A stretch of DNA of 54,565 nucleotides from an uncultured Clostridia bacterium (GCA_947165815.1 CAMVBZ010000002.1:1-54565); one strand, 5' to 3'. Positions 1 to 6,893 are shown, counted from the stretch's first letter. Numbers and translations: made by a program. Notes: generated by a model from the letters alone, not told the origin.

Positions 1-55
1 AAGCTTTAAAGATTTACGACAAGTTGCTATTGTATCTTTACAAGATGCTAATGTC
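1..55. repeat. Terminal direct duplication, copy 1 (identical to 54511-54565)
   Basis: aagctttaaagatttacgacaagttgctattgtatctttacaagatgctaatgtc is read at both window ends. This fits a circular or circularly permuted contig opened at an arbitrary point. Confidence 0.95.
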
Positions 56-405
56 TTTTTAGTAGAATTAATCCTTGCTTTAACCATAGTAATTTTATCA
101 TTAAGAAGGGTTTCAGCACATTCTATTACATTAGTAATTTCGTGACAGCTAAATACATTTCCAAAATTACGTAAAGCATTTATTACCTCATAATCTTTAA
201 CACCTTGAGATATATTTCTGTCAACAATATCCGATTTATGAAGATATTGTCCTGTAGATAGGTAAAGCCTATCGGTAGGAAATCTATCTATAGTAAGATG
301 TTCAGTGACTCTTACTTTTTTACATGTAAGCTTAAAATCACTTGATAAGGTATACATATATAATGTATACATTTTTGGTTTTGGAGTTTTACTTTGTTTT
401 TTCAT
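1..405 (-). CDS. Hypothetical protein: N-terminal 135 codons of a 152-aa ORF that crosses the circular junction (continues at 54510..54457)
   Basis: ATG at 405-403 is preceded by AAGAGG. I translated it by hand (MKKQSKTPKPKMYTLY...CRKSLKL). It is open to base 1 and in frame with the ORF end at 54457. It is absent from the ORF track because it is cut by the window edge. Confidence 0.7.
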   Translation of the reverse strand, partial: MKKQSKTPKPKMYTLYMYTLSSDFKLTCKKVRVTEHLTIDRFPTDRLYLSTGQYLHKSDIVDRNISQGVKDYEVINALRNFGNVFSCHEITNVIECAETLLNDKITMVKARINSTKKTLASCKDTIATCRKSLKL

Positions 406-460
406 ACAATACCTCTTTTAATTACGAACGAAAGTTTATAAAACGCACAATTCGTAATTA

Positions 461-730
461 TTACAAATCGCTTCCTGTAATGGCTTGTTTTAAAGTGTCA
501 AACTTAATATCGTTAGCACCTCTGTGCTCTACAATACTAATAATTTGACACTTATTAAATGCCTTTAATATTTTCTTAGAAAATATAAAGGCATATCCTT
601 TTTGAATTGTAAATAATGATGGTTTACTCCTATGCTTCTTTGCAAATTTAGGATAATATTGAATCTCAATGAGTTCAGTATTGTTCTCACAAAATTCAAT
701 TTCATAGGCTTTCAGTTTTCTAAACTTCAT
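461..730 (-). CDS. Hypothetical protein (89 aa)
   Basis: ORF track. ATG at 730 overlaps the stop of the upstream lipoprotein gene (ATGA). Lies in a co-oriented operon. Confidence 0.7.
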   Translation of the reverse strand: MKFRKLKAYEIEFCENNTELIEIQYYPKFAKKHRSKPSLFTIQKGYAFIFSKKILKAFNKCQIISIVEHRGANDIKFDTLKQAITGSDL

Positions 731-1083
731 GAGGATACCTCTGTTGATACAGTATATTTTGATGTTTCATTTAATCTAACAATACTTTCTTCAAAAAAGT
801 ATTCTGTTTCGTTATCACTAATTTGAAAAGAGTATATATCACCAATATTAAATTGGTCATAATCACCACCACTGACTTTTTTAACGTAAGGTTTTCGTTC
901 ATTAAATTGAAAATAATAATCGTGATGTGGGACAATTATTGTTGTCTTTCCTGTTCTAATTATTGATGACCAACGCCTGTCCCATTTATTTGTAATTAGA
1001 GATGAAACATAAATACCTGTACTGTTACAACTTGTAAGTAATAGCAATGGCAATATTAATAATGTTGTTAATAACTTTTTCAT
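727..1083 (-). CDS. Putative lipoprotein (118 aa)
   Basis: The N-terminus MKKLLTTLLILPLLLLTSC is a signal peptide plus lipobox cysteine. AGGAGG RBS lies upstream of ATG 1083. Confidence 0.8.
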   Translation of the reverse strand: MKKLLTTLLILPLLLLTSCNSTGIYVSSLITNKWDRRWSSIIRTGKTTIIVPHHDYYFQFNERKPYVKKVSGGDYDQFNIGDIYSFQISDNETEYFFEESIVRLNETSKYTVSTEVSS

Positions 1084-1102
1084 GATAATTCCTCCTTTGT
1101 CA

Positions 1103-1321
1103 TTACCTATCTCCTATCCACCAAACGATAAGCACGAATGAAAACAAAGTTAACAAGCCGCCTATTCCTGCACCTAAACCGACAAATCCAAGAATAAATA
1201 AAATCTCTGTTAGAGTGCTAATTTCACTCATATTATAAGAAATAATATGGCAAACAACACCACAAACAAACAAAGCAATTTGAATAAACAATAAGATAAG
1301 ACCAAAAATAATTCTTTTCAT
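1103..1321 (-). CDS. Small membrane protein (72 aa, two hydrophobic helices)
   Basis: Start trimmed to ATG 1321 (MKRIIFGLILLF...), which is preceded by AGGAG. The track ORF extends upstream to 1375 without an RBS. Confidence 0.7.
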   Translation of the reverse strand: MKRIIFGLILLFIQIALFVCGVVCHIISYNMSEISTLTEILFILGFVGLGAGIGGLLTLFSFVLIVWWIGDR

Positions 1322-1335
1322 TTTTCTAACTCCTC

Positions 1336-1542
1336 TTAATATAAATGCCATATAAGCATAAAAGGAATATAGCAAATTGCAATAGCTGTTAAAATAACAC
1401 TTACTAGCACATACCTACCACTTATAAAATCAAGTGGATGGGCATATTCTCTTAAGTATGCAAACCATATCCCAGCACTAACACAACCGTTTATAAATAA
1501 GGTTGTTAAAATACTTAATGTTATTTTTAAAAGTAGGCTCAT
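1336..1542 (-). CDS. Small membrane protein (68 aa, two hydrophobic helices)
   Basis: ATG 1542 (MSLLLKITLSILTTLF...) lies 5 nt after the DprA stop, with a GGGAG RBS. The track start at 1557 is GTG inside dprA. Confidence 0.65.
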   Translation of the reverse strand: MSLLLKITLSILTTLFINGCVSAGIWFAYLREYAHPLDFISGRYVLVSVILTAIAICYIPFMLIWHLY

Positions 1543-1547
1543 AATTA

Positions 1548-2339
1548 CTACTCCCACTTAAGATCTTCAAGAAGTGTTCGTCCATTTTCTATGACATTTG
1601 CACCCTCTTGAATTATCTCATTATTCACAGTCTTTTCAAAAATAGGTTGAGGAACAATGTATACAGGTTTGTTATTACCTACAGCAAGATTAACAGCAAT
1701 AGTTGTGCCACTAACATGAGAATTTACTTGTGGAACGATTAAAGCATTAGAAAGAGCTACTATTAATCTGTCACGCATTGGGAAATGTATCTTTTCAGCC
1801 TCAGAGATGTTTGGAAATTCACTGATAATTAGTCCTTCTTCCTTAATTTGATTATATAAAGGTTTATTCTTTGCAGGATAACAATAATCAATACCTGAAG
1901 GTAAAACTGCAATAGTTTTAATACCCTTGCTTAAAGCTTTTTTATGTGCAACGGTATCAATACCATTTGCTAATCCTGAAACTAAAACTTTATCCGTTCC
2001 TAATTCATCAATTAACTTTTCAGTTGCCATTTTACTATATTCACTACATTCTCTAGAACCGACAACAGCATAACGCTTCTTATCATCGTTCAATAAAGAA
2101 ATGTCACCATAATAGAACAACACTAAAGGTGGACGGAACATTTTCTTTAAAGTTTCTGGAAATTCCTTATCTAAATAAGTGATGACTTTACACTTAAGGT
2201 TATCACAGACTTTTTCTATTTCTTTATAAGGAACGTTTTCGTCCTCACGTAAACGAACAGCATTAATAATCTTAAATGGATCACCATTATATTTAACAGC
2301 TAAATAGATTAAAATCTTTTTGGAATCGTATTCCACCAT
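1548..2339 (-). CDS. dprA: DprA/Smf-family DNA-processing protein
   Basis: The Rossmann-like DprA core is readable: VVGSRECSEYS...VSGLANGIDTVAHKKAL...KTIAVLPSGIDYCYPAKNKPLY...GLIISEFP...HFPMRDRLIVALSNALIV...SGTTIAVNLAV...KPVYIVP. Confidence 0.85.
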   Translation of the reverse strand: MVEYDSKKILIYLAVKYNGDPFKIINAVRLREDENVPYKEIEKVCDNLKCKVITYLDKEFPETLKKMFRPPLVLFYYGDISLLNDDKKRYAVVGSRECSEYSKMATEKLIDELGTDKVLVSGLANGIDTVAHKKALSKGIKTIAVLPSGIDYCYPAKNKPLYNQIKEEGLIISEFPNISEAEKIHFPMRDRLIVALSNALIVPQVNSHVSGTTIAVNLAVGNNKPVYIVPQPIFEKTVNNEIIQEGANVIENGRTLLEDLKWE

Positions 2340-2351
2340 AATAAGTCCTCC

Positions 2352-2807
2352 TTACTTATAGTGAATGGCTTTTAACTTAGCAAATAAATCTTTGTCTTTA
2401 GCTAAACGTTGCTCAAAACGTTTAACTTCTTCACACGCTCTGGTAACAGCTGCTTCATCTCTATCAATAGCAGATGCAAAATCTAAAATGCGTTCATCAC
2501 AAATTTGATTTTTAGTTGCTCTATTAATAGGTTTAAGTGTATAAACACGCTTGTTCTCAAGGAGTTCATACATTAGTTTTGATACTTCAGAGCATCCTTT
2601 ACTGCCACTACGGTAACACTTTCTTGCTTCACTACCGTGTAAATCAACGATGTTATCAGTATCCACACGTGAACCATCGGCTAAAGACACATATCTAGAA
2701 TATTCTCTAGACACTTCTAATCTTTGTGTGTTGAATGTTAAATCTTCACCATTAAACATAGTTAAGTAAATATACTTAATGGCATTAGCGTTCTTTGTTT
2801 TAGACAT
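2352..2807 (-). CDS. Hypothetical protein (151 aa)
   Basis: ORF track. ATG with GGAGGA RBS. Confidence 0.75.
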   Translation of the reverse strand: MSKTKNANAIKYIYLTMFNGEDLTFNTQRLEVSREYSRYVSLADGSRVDTDNIVDLHGSEARKCYRSGSKGCSEVSKLMYELLENKRVYTLKPINRATKNQICDERILDFASAIDRDEAAVTRACEEVKRFEQRLAKDKDLFAKLKAIHYK

Positions 2808-2898
2808 ACTATTTTCCTCCTTCTTAAAACTACGAACATATTTTCACAGACTTTAGGCAATTAATGGAATATGGAGAATAAAATGGCCAGTCTGTATT

Positions 2899-3132
2899 TT
2901 ATAAAGGTAATTCTTTAGAATCTGTTTCTAACTGACAGTGCTCACAGTACCCTGTAATAAACCTGTCACGATCTACCAAACTATAATCTGGTAAAATATC
3001 TTGAATGAGTTCTTCATTTTCATGTCTATGTATAACTCTTTCTAATAAGTCTTTTGGCATATTATAAATGAAATGATGTATGCCACATCTTGGACATACG
3101 AACTCAACATTTACTAATGTTCTATCAGGCAT
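2899..3132 (-). CDS. Small zinc-ribbon protein (77 aa)
   Basis: Cys pairs CPRC...CEHC. Start moved to the second ATG (MPDRTL...), which has GGAGG 8 nt upstream. The first ATG (3147) has no RBS. Confidence 0.7.
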   Translation of the reverse strand: MPDRTLVNVEFVCPRCGIHHFIYNMPKDLLERVIHRHENEELIQDILPDYSLVDRDRFITGYCEHCQLETDSKELPL

Positions 3133-3157
3133 ATTCAAAGCCTCCATTAAATAAAAG

Positions 3158-3265
3158 TGCCTAAGATAGGATTTGAACCTATGACTACCGACTAGACATA
3201 TGTTGTCGGTCTATACCACTGTTTCAGGTAACACTCCGAACTCTACCAGACTGAGTTACTTAGGC
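3158..3265 (-). tRNA. tRNA-like gene with canonical acceptor, D and T arms but an oversized 57-nt central region; anticodon not assignable
   Basis: Minus-strand read: GCCTAAG-TA-ACTC-AGTCTGGTA-GAGT-[57 nt]-ATAGG-TTCAAAT-CCTAT-CTTAGGC-A. The acceptor stem is a perfect 7 bp. No CCA is encoded. Confidence 0.55.
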
Positions 3266-3293
3266 ATATACAAAGTCTTTTTAGGCTACGCTG

Positions 3294-3326
3294 TAAAAAA
3301 AGAGGACTACACGAAGTAGCCCTCTT
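3294..3326 (-). terminator. Rho-independent terminator downstream of the 3342..3701 gene
   Basis: On the minus strand: AAGAGGGCTAC-ttcgt-GTAGTCCTCTT (one mismatch) followed by TTTTTTT. Confidence 0.7.
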
Positions 3327-3341
3327 AAATTTAACTAATCA

Positions 3342-3701
3342 CTAGAACAAATCTGCGATACTGGCACGATTGTCTACACGTTCAACTGGTGTGCTGAATA
3401 AATCAGCAACTTCAACGTGCATATCATTGGCTAGATAGAACAAAGAGCCCTTATCATTCATTGTAAGAGTGATTTTAACTGGGTCGCCCGATTCCTTAGC
3501 GTCTAAAAGCTTTTGATAGCCTTCTTGGCCTAAGAATCTTAACTTATTGCTGGATGTGAACTCTTTTTCACCGACTTTGAAGTTAATTCTAACGAAAACT
3601 TCTTGAGGGTTAATAGCTTGTTCTTCTGCAATAGCTGCGATTCTGTTTGGACTTGTGACTGCTGTAATCACAACGTCTAATTCTGTTCTTTTCTTTTCCA
3701 T
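3342..3701 (-). CDS. Hypothetical protein (119 aa), monocistronic unit
   Basis: ORF track. AAGGAGG RBS. Flanked by a 305-bp AT-rich upstream region and its own terminator. Confidence 0.8.
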   Translation of the reverse strand: MEKKRTELDVVITAVTSPNRIAAIAEEQAINPQEVFVRINFKVGEKEFTSSNKLRFLGQEGYQKLLDAKESGDPVKITLTMNDKGSLFYLANDMHVEVADLFSTPVERVDNRASIADLF

Positions 3702-3979
3702 GGTCGTTAAACCTCCTTTTTTAAGAACTTTTTAGAAAATCAAATATTTTTTATTTAATTTCACAAAACGCGAAATAAAAAATAAATTTGGTTTTTAACA
3801 CTTTGTGTCAACACTATTTCTTAGGATACATCTCTATAATATATTCATATATTATATTATTCTAAAATCTATTTTTCTTACATATAATAGGTTTTCTCTA
3901 ATATGTATATATGTATGGAAAAATCTTCTCGTGTATACGCAGGAGATTTGACAATTTCTGTCAACTACGAACTGTATCC

Positions 3980-4004
3980 TAAAAAAAGAGGGAAAATCCC
4001 TCTT
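3980..4004 (-). terminator. Rho-independent terminator downstream of the 4008..4919 gene
   Basis: AGAGGGA-aaa-TCCCTCT 7-bp stem. T7 run on the minus strand and a TTCTTT tract on the plus strand. Confidence 0.75.
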
Positions 4005-4007
4005 TCT

Positions 4008-4919
4008 TTAATCTAGATAATCATCTGAATCTTCTTCGATTTCTGTATAACTGACGTTTTCTACATAAGAGCAAGCGTCTATACAGTTATTCGATAGAAT
4101 TTCATCTTCAAACAAGTCATACTCGTTGTGTATGGCTTCTCTATATTCTTCAAGATCTTCAGCTCTAACATCTGAAAGACTTCTTAGAACTTTTTGGTAT
4201 GTTTCAACATAATCTTCTCTGTCGAAAGACATGTCTGTAACACCTGTTTTAAGCCATTCGATGACTGTAGGATTTTCTAAAAGCTGTCTAATTTCAGCTA
4301 TTTTGGCATACATTGCTTCGTTGCTAGGCCCACAATTTACACCTAAGAAATAACAACCTAAGGCATTATTTAGAATGCCTGGAACTGTTTCTAGATTAAA
4401 CAACATTATATATCTTTGTCTTAAAGCCTTATGTAAGACTAAATATAATGTTTCTAAAGCTCCAAAGTCTAAAGGTTCTATACGTTTACGTCTATCGGCT
4501 TCAAACTCTAAAACTTCATCTTTATTAGACTTAAATAAATCTTCTTCATATTCATCTTGCATACTTTGCGTAGCAAATCTGTAATGTTCTAGATTATATT
4601 TATAACCTGCTAAACTAATATTCTTTTGAAAATCAAATTTCAAAGCAGCTTTAATGTCTTCTAATTTGATATTTTCAATATTACGAAAATATAAAAGATT
4701 TGCGTAATAACAATCTTGTCCATCTTTATTCTTGAAATACTTATTAAGTATGTAGTGATTGTCTTTAAACATATCTCTACCTAATTCACTAAATAACAAG
4801 ATATTGTTATCTCTCTCAACATTCTTAAACAAAATTACATGTTTATCATGTTCTTGCTTTAATTCATTACTCTCCATTTCTTTTAAGAGCTCGTTTGGAT
4901 TATCTAAAATCTTAATCAT
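4008..4919 (-). CDS. Highly acidic hypothetical protein (303 aa)
   Basis: ORF track. AAGGAGG RBS. D/E-rich throughout, ending in ...YTEIEEDSDDYLD. Confidence 0.8.
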   Translation of the reverse strand: MIKILDNPNELLKEMESNELKQEHDKHVILFKNVERDNNILLFSELGRDMFKDNHYILNKYFKNKDGQDCYYANLLYFRNIENIKLEDIKAALKFDFQKNISLAGYKYNLEHYRFATQSMQDEYEEDLFKSNKDEVLEFEADRRKRIEPLDFGALETLYLVLHKALRQRYIMLFNLETVPGILNNALGCYFLGVNCGPSNEAMYAKIAEIRQLLENPTVIEWLKTGVTDMSFDREDYVETYQKVLRSLSDVRAEDLEEYREAIHNEYDLFEDEILSNNCIDACSYVENVSYTEIEEDSDDYLD

Positions 4920-4985
4920 GTCTTAATCCTCCTTATAGATTTACGATAATTTTGATAAGATTTCATAATTTCGCATAAAGCAAAA

Positions 4986-5255
4986 TTATCTCATTCTAGA
5001 TAAAACCGGTTCGTAAGAAACGATATTATCTCTAATCTGGTTTCTAAAACGGTCTTCAATCTCTAGTGCAACTTTGTAATTATCATTACAAATGTTGTCT
5101 TCATGTTTACTACTAAGTAGTAAAACACCTAAAATCCTGTAGTCTGGGCTAAACTTGGCATGCTGGATTGCTTGTTCTGCATTTTCTGCACAAACGAGCG
5201 TTTGGAAAACGTGTGTTGACTCTTTTCCTTCATCATAAACAACTTGAAATAACAT
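4986..5255 (-). CDS. Hypothetical protein (89 aa)
   Basis: ORF track. AAGGAG RBS upstream of ATG 5255. Confidence 0.75.
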   Translation of the reverse strand: MLFQVVYDEGKESTHVFQTLVCAENAEQAIQHAKFSPDYRILGVLLLSSKHEDNICNDNYKVALEIEDRFRNQIRDNIVSYEPVLSRMR

Positions 5256-5340
5256 TGATATTTCTCCTTTCCTAGTTGTTATATAACTGCTCTAGCTTTC
5301 TAATAAATACGAAAGGTAGCAATTATTGCACCAAATAAGG

Positions 5341-5370
5341 ATAATGTGAATTTTGGACACAGTGTGTCAA
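5341..5370 (-). promoter_or_regulatory. Candidate sigma70-type promoter with an overlapping palindromic operator
   Basis: Minus strand reads TTGACA (5370-5365), 18 nt, then CATTAT (5346-5341). The palindrome GACACA-g-TGTGTC at 5356-5368 overlaps the -35. Confidence 0.3.
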
Positions 5371-5683
5371 AAATACACTTCAATAAATGCTGAATATTTC
5401 TAATATTCTTAATTGCTGTATAAGGGTTTTCTAGGAAGGTCGTGTAACGATAAATAGCAGAGTTCCCTATCTTGTCCCTTTTAAAAGAAAACCCTTCTTT
5501 ATTCTTAATTTCTTAGGAAAGTTCTAACTATAGTCTACAATCTATATGTGCCAAATAATTTTGACAATATATGTCTACAGAATTGATGTGTTGTGCAACA
5601 ATACATACAATAATAACACTATACACGCGTATATACTGTATACATACACACTATAAACTATATATCTTTACGATTAACAGCTC

Positions 5684-5711
5684 AAAAAAAGGACACGCCC
5701 GTAGGCGTGCC
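5684..5711 (-). terminator. Rho-independent terminator after the two early micro-ORFs
   Basis: Minus strand: GGCACGCC-tacg-GGCGTG(t)CC stem followed by TTTTTTT. Confidence 0.75.
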
Positions 5712-5721
5712 TATGTGATAG

Positions 5722-5853
5722 CTACTTACTATCTTTTTTGTCTGCAGCTTTGCCTTCGTGGTCTGCAACGTATTTCTTGCAATACTCAAGTTTGTTTTCT
5801 TGAGCTTGTTTTCTGAAGGCCTGGAAAGCTGCGATTAAAGCTGATTTACTCAT
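5722..5853 (-). CDS. Micro-ORF, 43 aa (MSKSALIAAFQAFRKQAQENKLEYCKKYVADHEGKAADKKDSK)
   Basis: Hand translation. ATG overlaps the upstream ORF stop (ATGA). GGAGAGGAG RBS lies inside the upstream ORF. A terminator follows. Below the 60-aa track cutoff. Confidence 0.5.
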   Translation of the reverse strand: MSKSALIAAFQAFRKQAQENKLEYCKKYVADHEGKAADKKDSK

Positions 5854-6017
5854 TTCTTAATCTCCTCTCCGACTTTAGGAAGTTTCTTAAAGTCTTCTTC
5901 ATTGAGGTATTTAACCCTTGTTGTTGTAAAACCTTTGAGGTCGATGACTGTAAACCAGCATTTGAATGTTGGCTTACCTTCGAGTTCGCCCTTTTGATAA
6001 CCAGTAAACTTTTCCAT
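5850..6017 (-). CDS. Micro-ORF, 55 aa (MEKFTGYQKGELEGKPTFKCWFTVIDLKGFTTTRVKYLNEEDFKKLPKVGEEIKK)
   Basis: Hand translation. GGAGAA RBS 4 nt upstream of ATG 6017. It is the first gene of the leftward arm, next to the divergent control region. Confidence 0.55.
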   Translation of the reverse strand: MEKFTGYQKGELEGKPTFKCWFTVIDLKGFTTTRVKYLNEEDFKKLPKVGEEIKK

Positions 6018-6053
6018 TTTATTCTCCATTGGGTTCTGCCCGTATAAGTTTAC

Positions 6054-6081
6054 GAAATCTATAAAGATTTCACTAAATCTT
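6054..6081. promoter_or_regulatory. Operator-like array: three AAATCT/AGATTT half-sites in alternating orientation at 10-bp spacing
   Basis: GAAATCTataaAGATTTCactAAATCTT. Half-sites start at 6055, 6065 and 6075. The region contains two overlapping inverted repeats with 7-bp arms. Confidence 0.4.
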
Positions 6082-6118
6082 AATAATGAGGGGCTAGGGT
6101 TTGAAATACTGAACGCTT

Positions 6119-6137
6119 GGTATATAAACTATATACC
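6119..6137. promoter_or_regulatory. Perfect 19-bp palindrome GGTATATA-aac-TATATACC, overlapping a TTGAAA-N18-TAAACT promoter candidate
   Basis: Read directly. 8-bp arms with a 3-nt spacer. Lies in the divergent intergenic region. Confidence 0.35.
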
Positions 6138-6184
6138 TATAGTGTTCACATCCCTAATGATTGTTTGACACGTACTGTCAACAC

Positions 6185-6212
6185 TTGATTGTTACCATAA
6201 CTATGGTATAAT
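6185..6212 (+). promoter_or_regulatory. Sigma70-type promoter with an extended -10, at the head of the rightward late arm
   Basis: TTGATT (6185-6190), 16 nt, then TGgTATAAT (6204-6212). Confidence 0.55.
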
Positions 6213-6422
6213 GTTCCTATCAACCTTCGGAGGCAAATTGGACAGTTGCAAAAGACTGTTCTTTTTGTTATATTAATGGTGCTAACAGTTCTGTTTGGTG
6301 TCACGCTAAACAACAGAAACCTCTACAGGATCTCCCGATTACAAGTATTCAGCCGTAGAGGTTTTTATTTGTCTTGCAAAAAGGATTTGCTTATAATGGA
6401 TATAAAGGAGCCCCTACACACT

Positions 6423-6893
6423 ATGAATAAGAAAAATGAAAAGGTTATACGTGTCGCCATACGTAATGGTGACGACACAAAAGTTAAAGTAGACTTCCAC
6501 GGTGGAGTCTTCTCTCCCGCTGAGTTCACCAGCTTATGGATGGCTGTATTAGAAACCTACACTAAAGGATTGTTAGAGAAAAACTCAAGAGAAGATGTTT
6601 TCAAACACTTCAACAATACTTTCGGTATCTTCCTAAACAAGCTTGTCCCAGAGAAAGAACACTACAAACTATCTAAAGCCCATAAGAAGTTTAAGAAAGG
6701 CGTAGACAAGACATTAGGTCGTAAAGAAACCGAAGAAGATAAAAAATATTCAGAAGATGTCAAACTTGCTGCATATATCCTAGCAGGTGACATCTTACAA
6801 AAAGAGGTTGGTATGACTGAGGAAACAGTTGAACTCCTCCTCAATAAACGCCTCAACTTAATTGAACCGGTGTTTAAAAATGAAAAGAAATAA
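6423..6893 (+). CDS. Hypothetical protein (156 aa); small-terminase candidate by position only
   Basis: ATG 6423 has AAGGAG 12 nt upstream. Its 3' end overlaps terL by 14 nt. The track ORF begins at TTG 6246, but that stretch contains a terminator-like hairpin. Confidence 0.6.
   Translation: MNKKNEKVIRVAIRNGDDTKVKVDFHGGVFSPAEFTSLWMAVLETYTKGLLEKNSREDVFKHFNNTFGIFLNKLVPEKEHYKLSKAHKKFKKGVDKTLGRKETEEDKKYSEDVKLAAYILAGDILQKEVGMTEETVELLLNKRLNLIEPVFKNEKK

Noticed and set aside
3158-3265. tRNA-like element as a phage attP core for integration into a host tRNA gene
   Set aside because: No integrase, excisionase or repressor is recognisable anywhere in the genome. The element also contains both tRNA halves rather than only a 3' fragment.
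3821-3982. 10-bp inverted repeat TTAGGATACA (3821-3830)/TGTATCCTAA (3973-3982) flanking ~140 bp, considered as an invertible or mobile segment
   Set aside because: No recombinase is present. A 10-mer match at this distance is expected by chance several times in an AT-rich 54-kb sequence.
5571-5816. 81-aa plus-strand ORF in the early intergenic region
   Set aside because: It runs through a minus-strand terminator and overlaps the better-supported 43-aa minus-strand micro-ORF. It has no RBS and a Cys/His/Tyr-rich junk-like sequence.
6165-6181. Face-to-face TTGACA hexamers as a functional pair of divergent -35 elements
   Set aside because: Neither hexamer has an acceptable -10 at 16-18 nt on its own strand (ATTGTT on plus, ATTAGG on minus). 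It is more likely an operator-type palindrome and is reported only as part of the control-region finding.
6246-6422. TTG-initiated N-terminal extension of the first late gene (the track gives 215 aa)
   Set aside because: It has a non-ATG start, and the stretch contains a 10-bp terminator-like hairpin. A well-spaced AAGGAG precedes ATG 6423. It is kept as an alternative in the leader finding.
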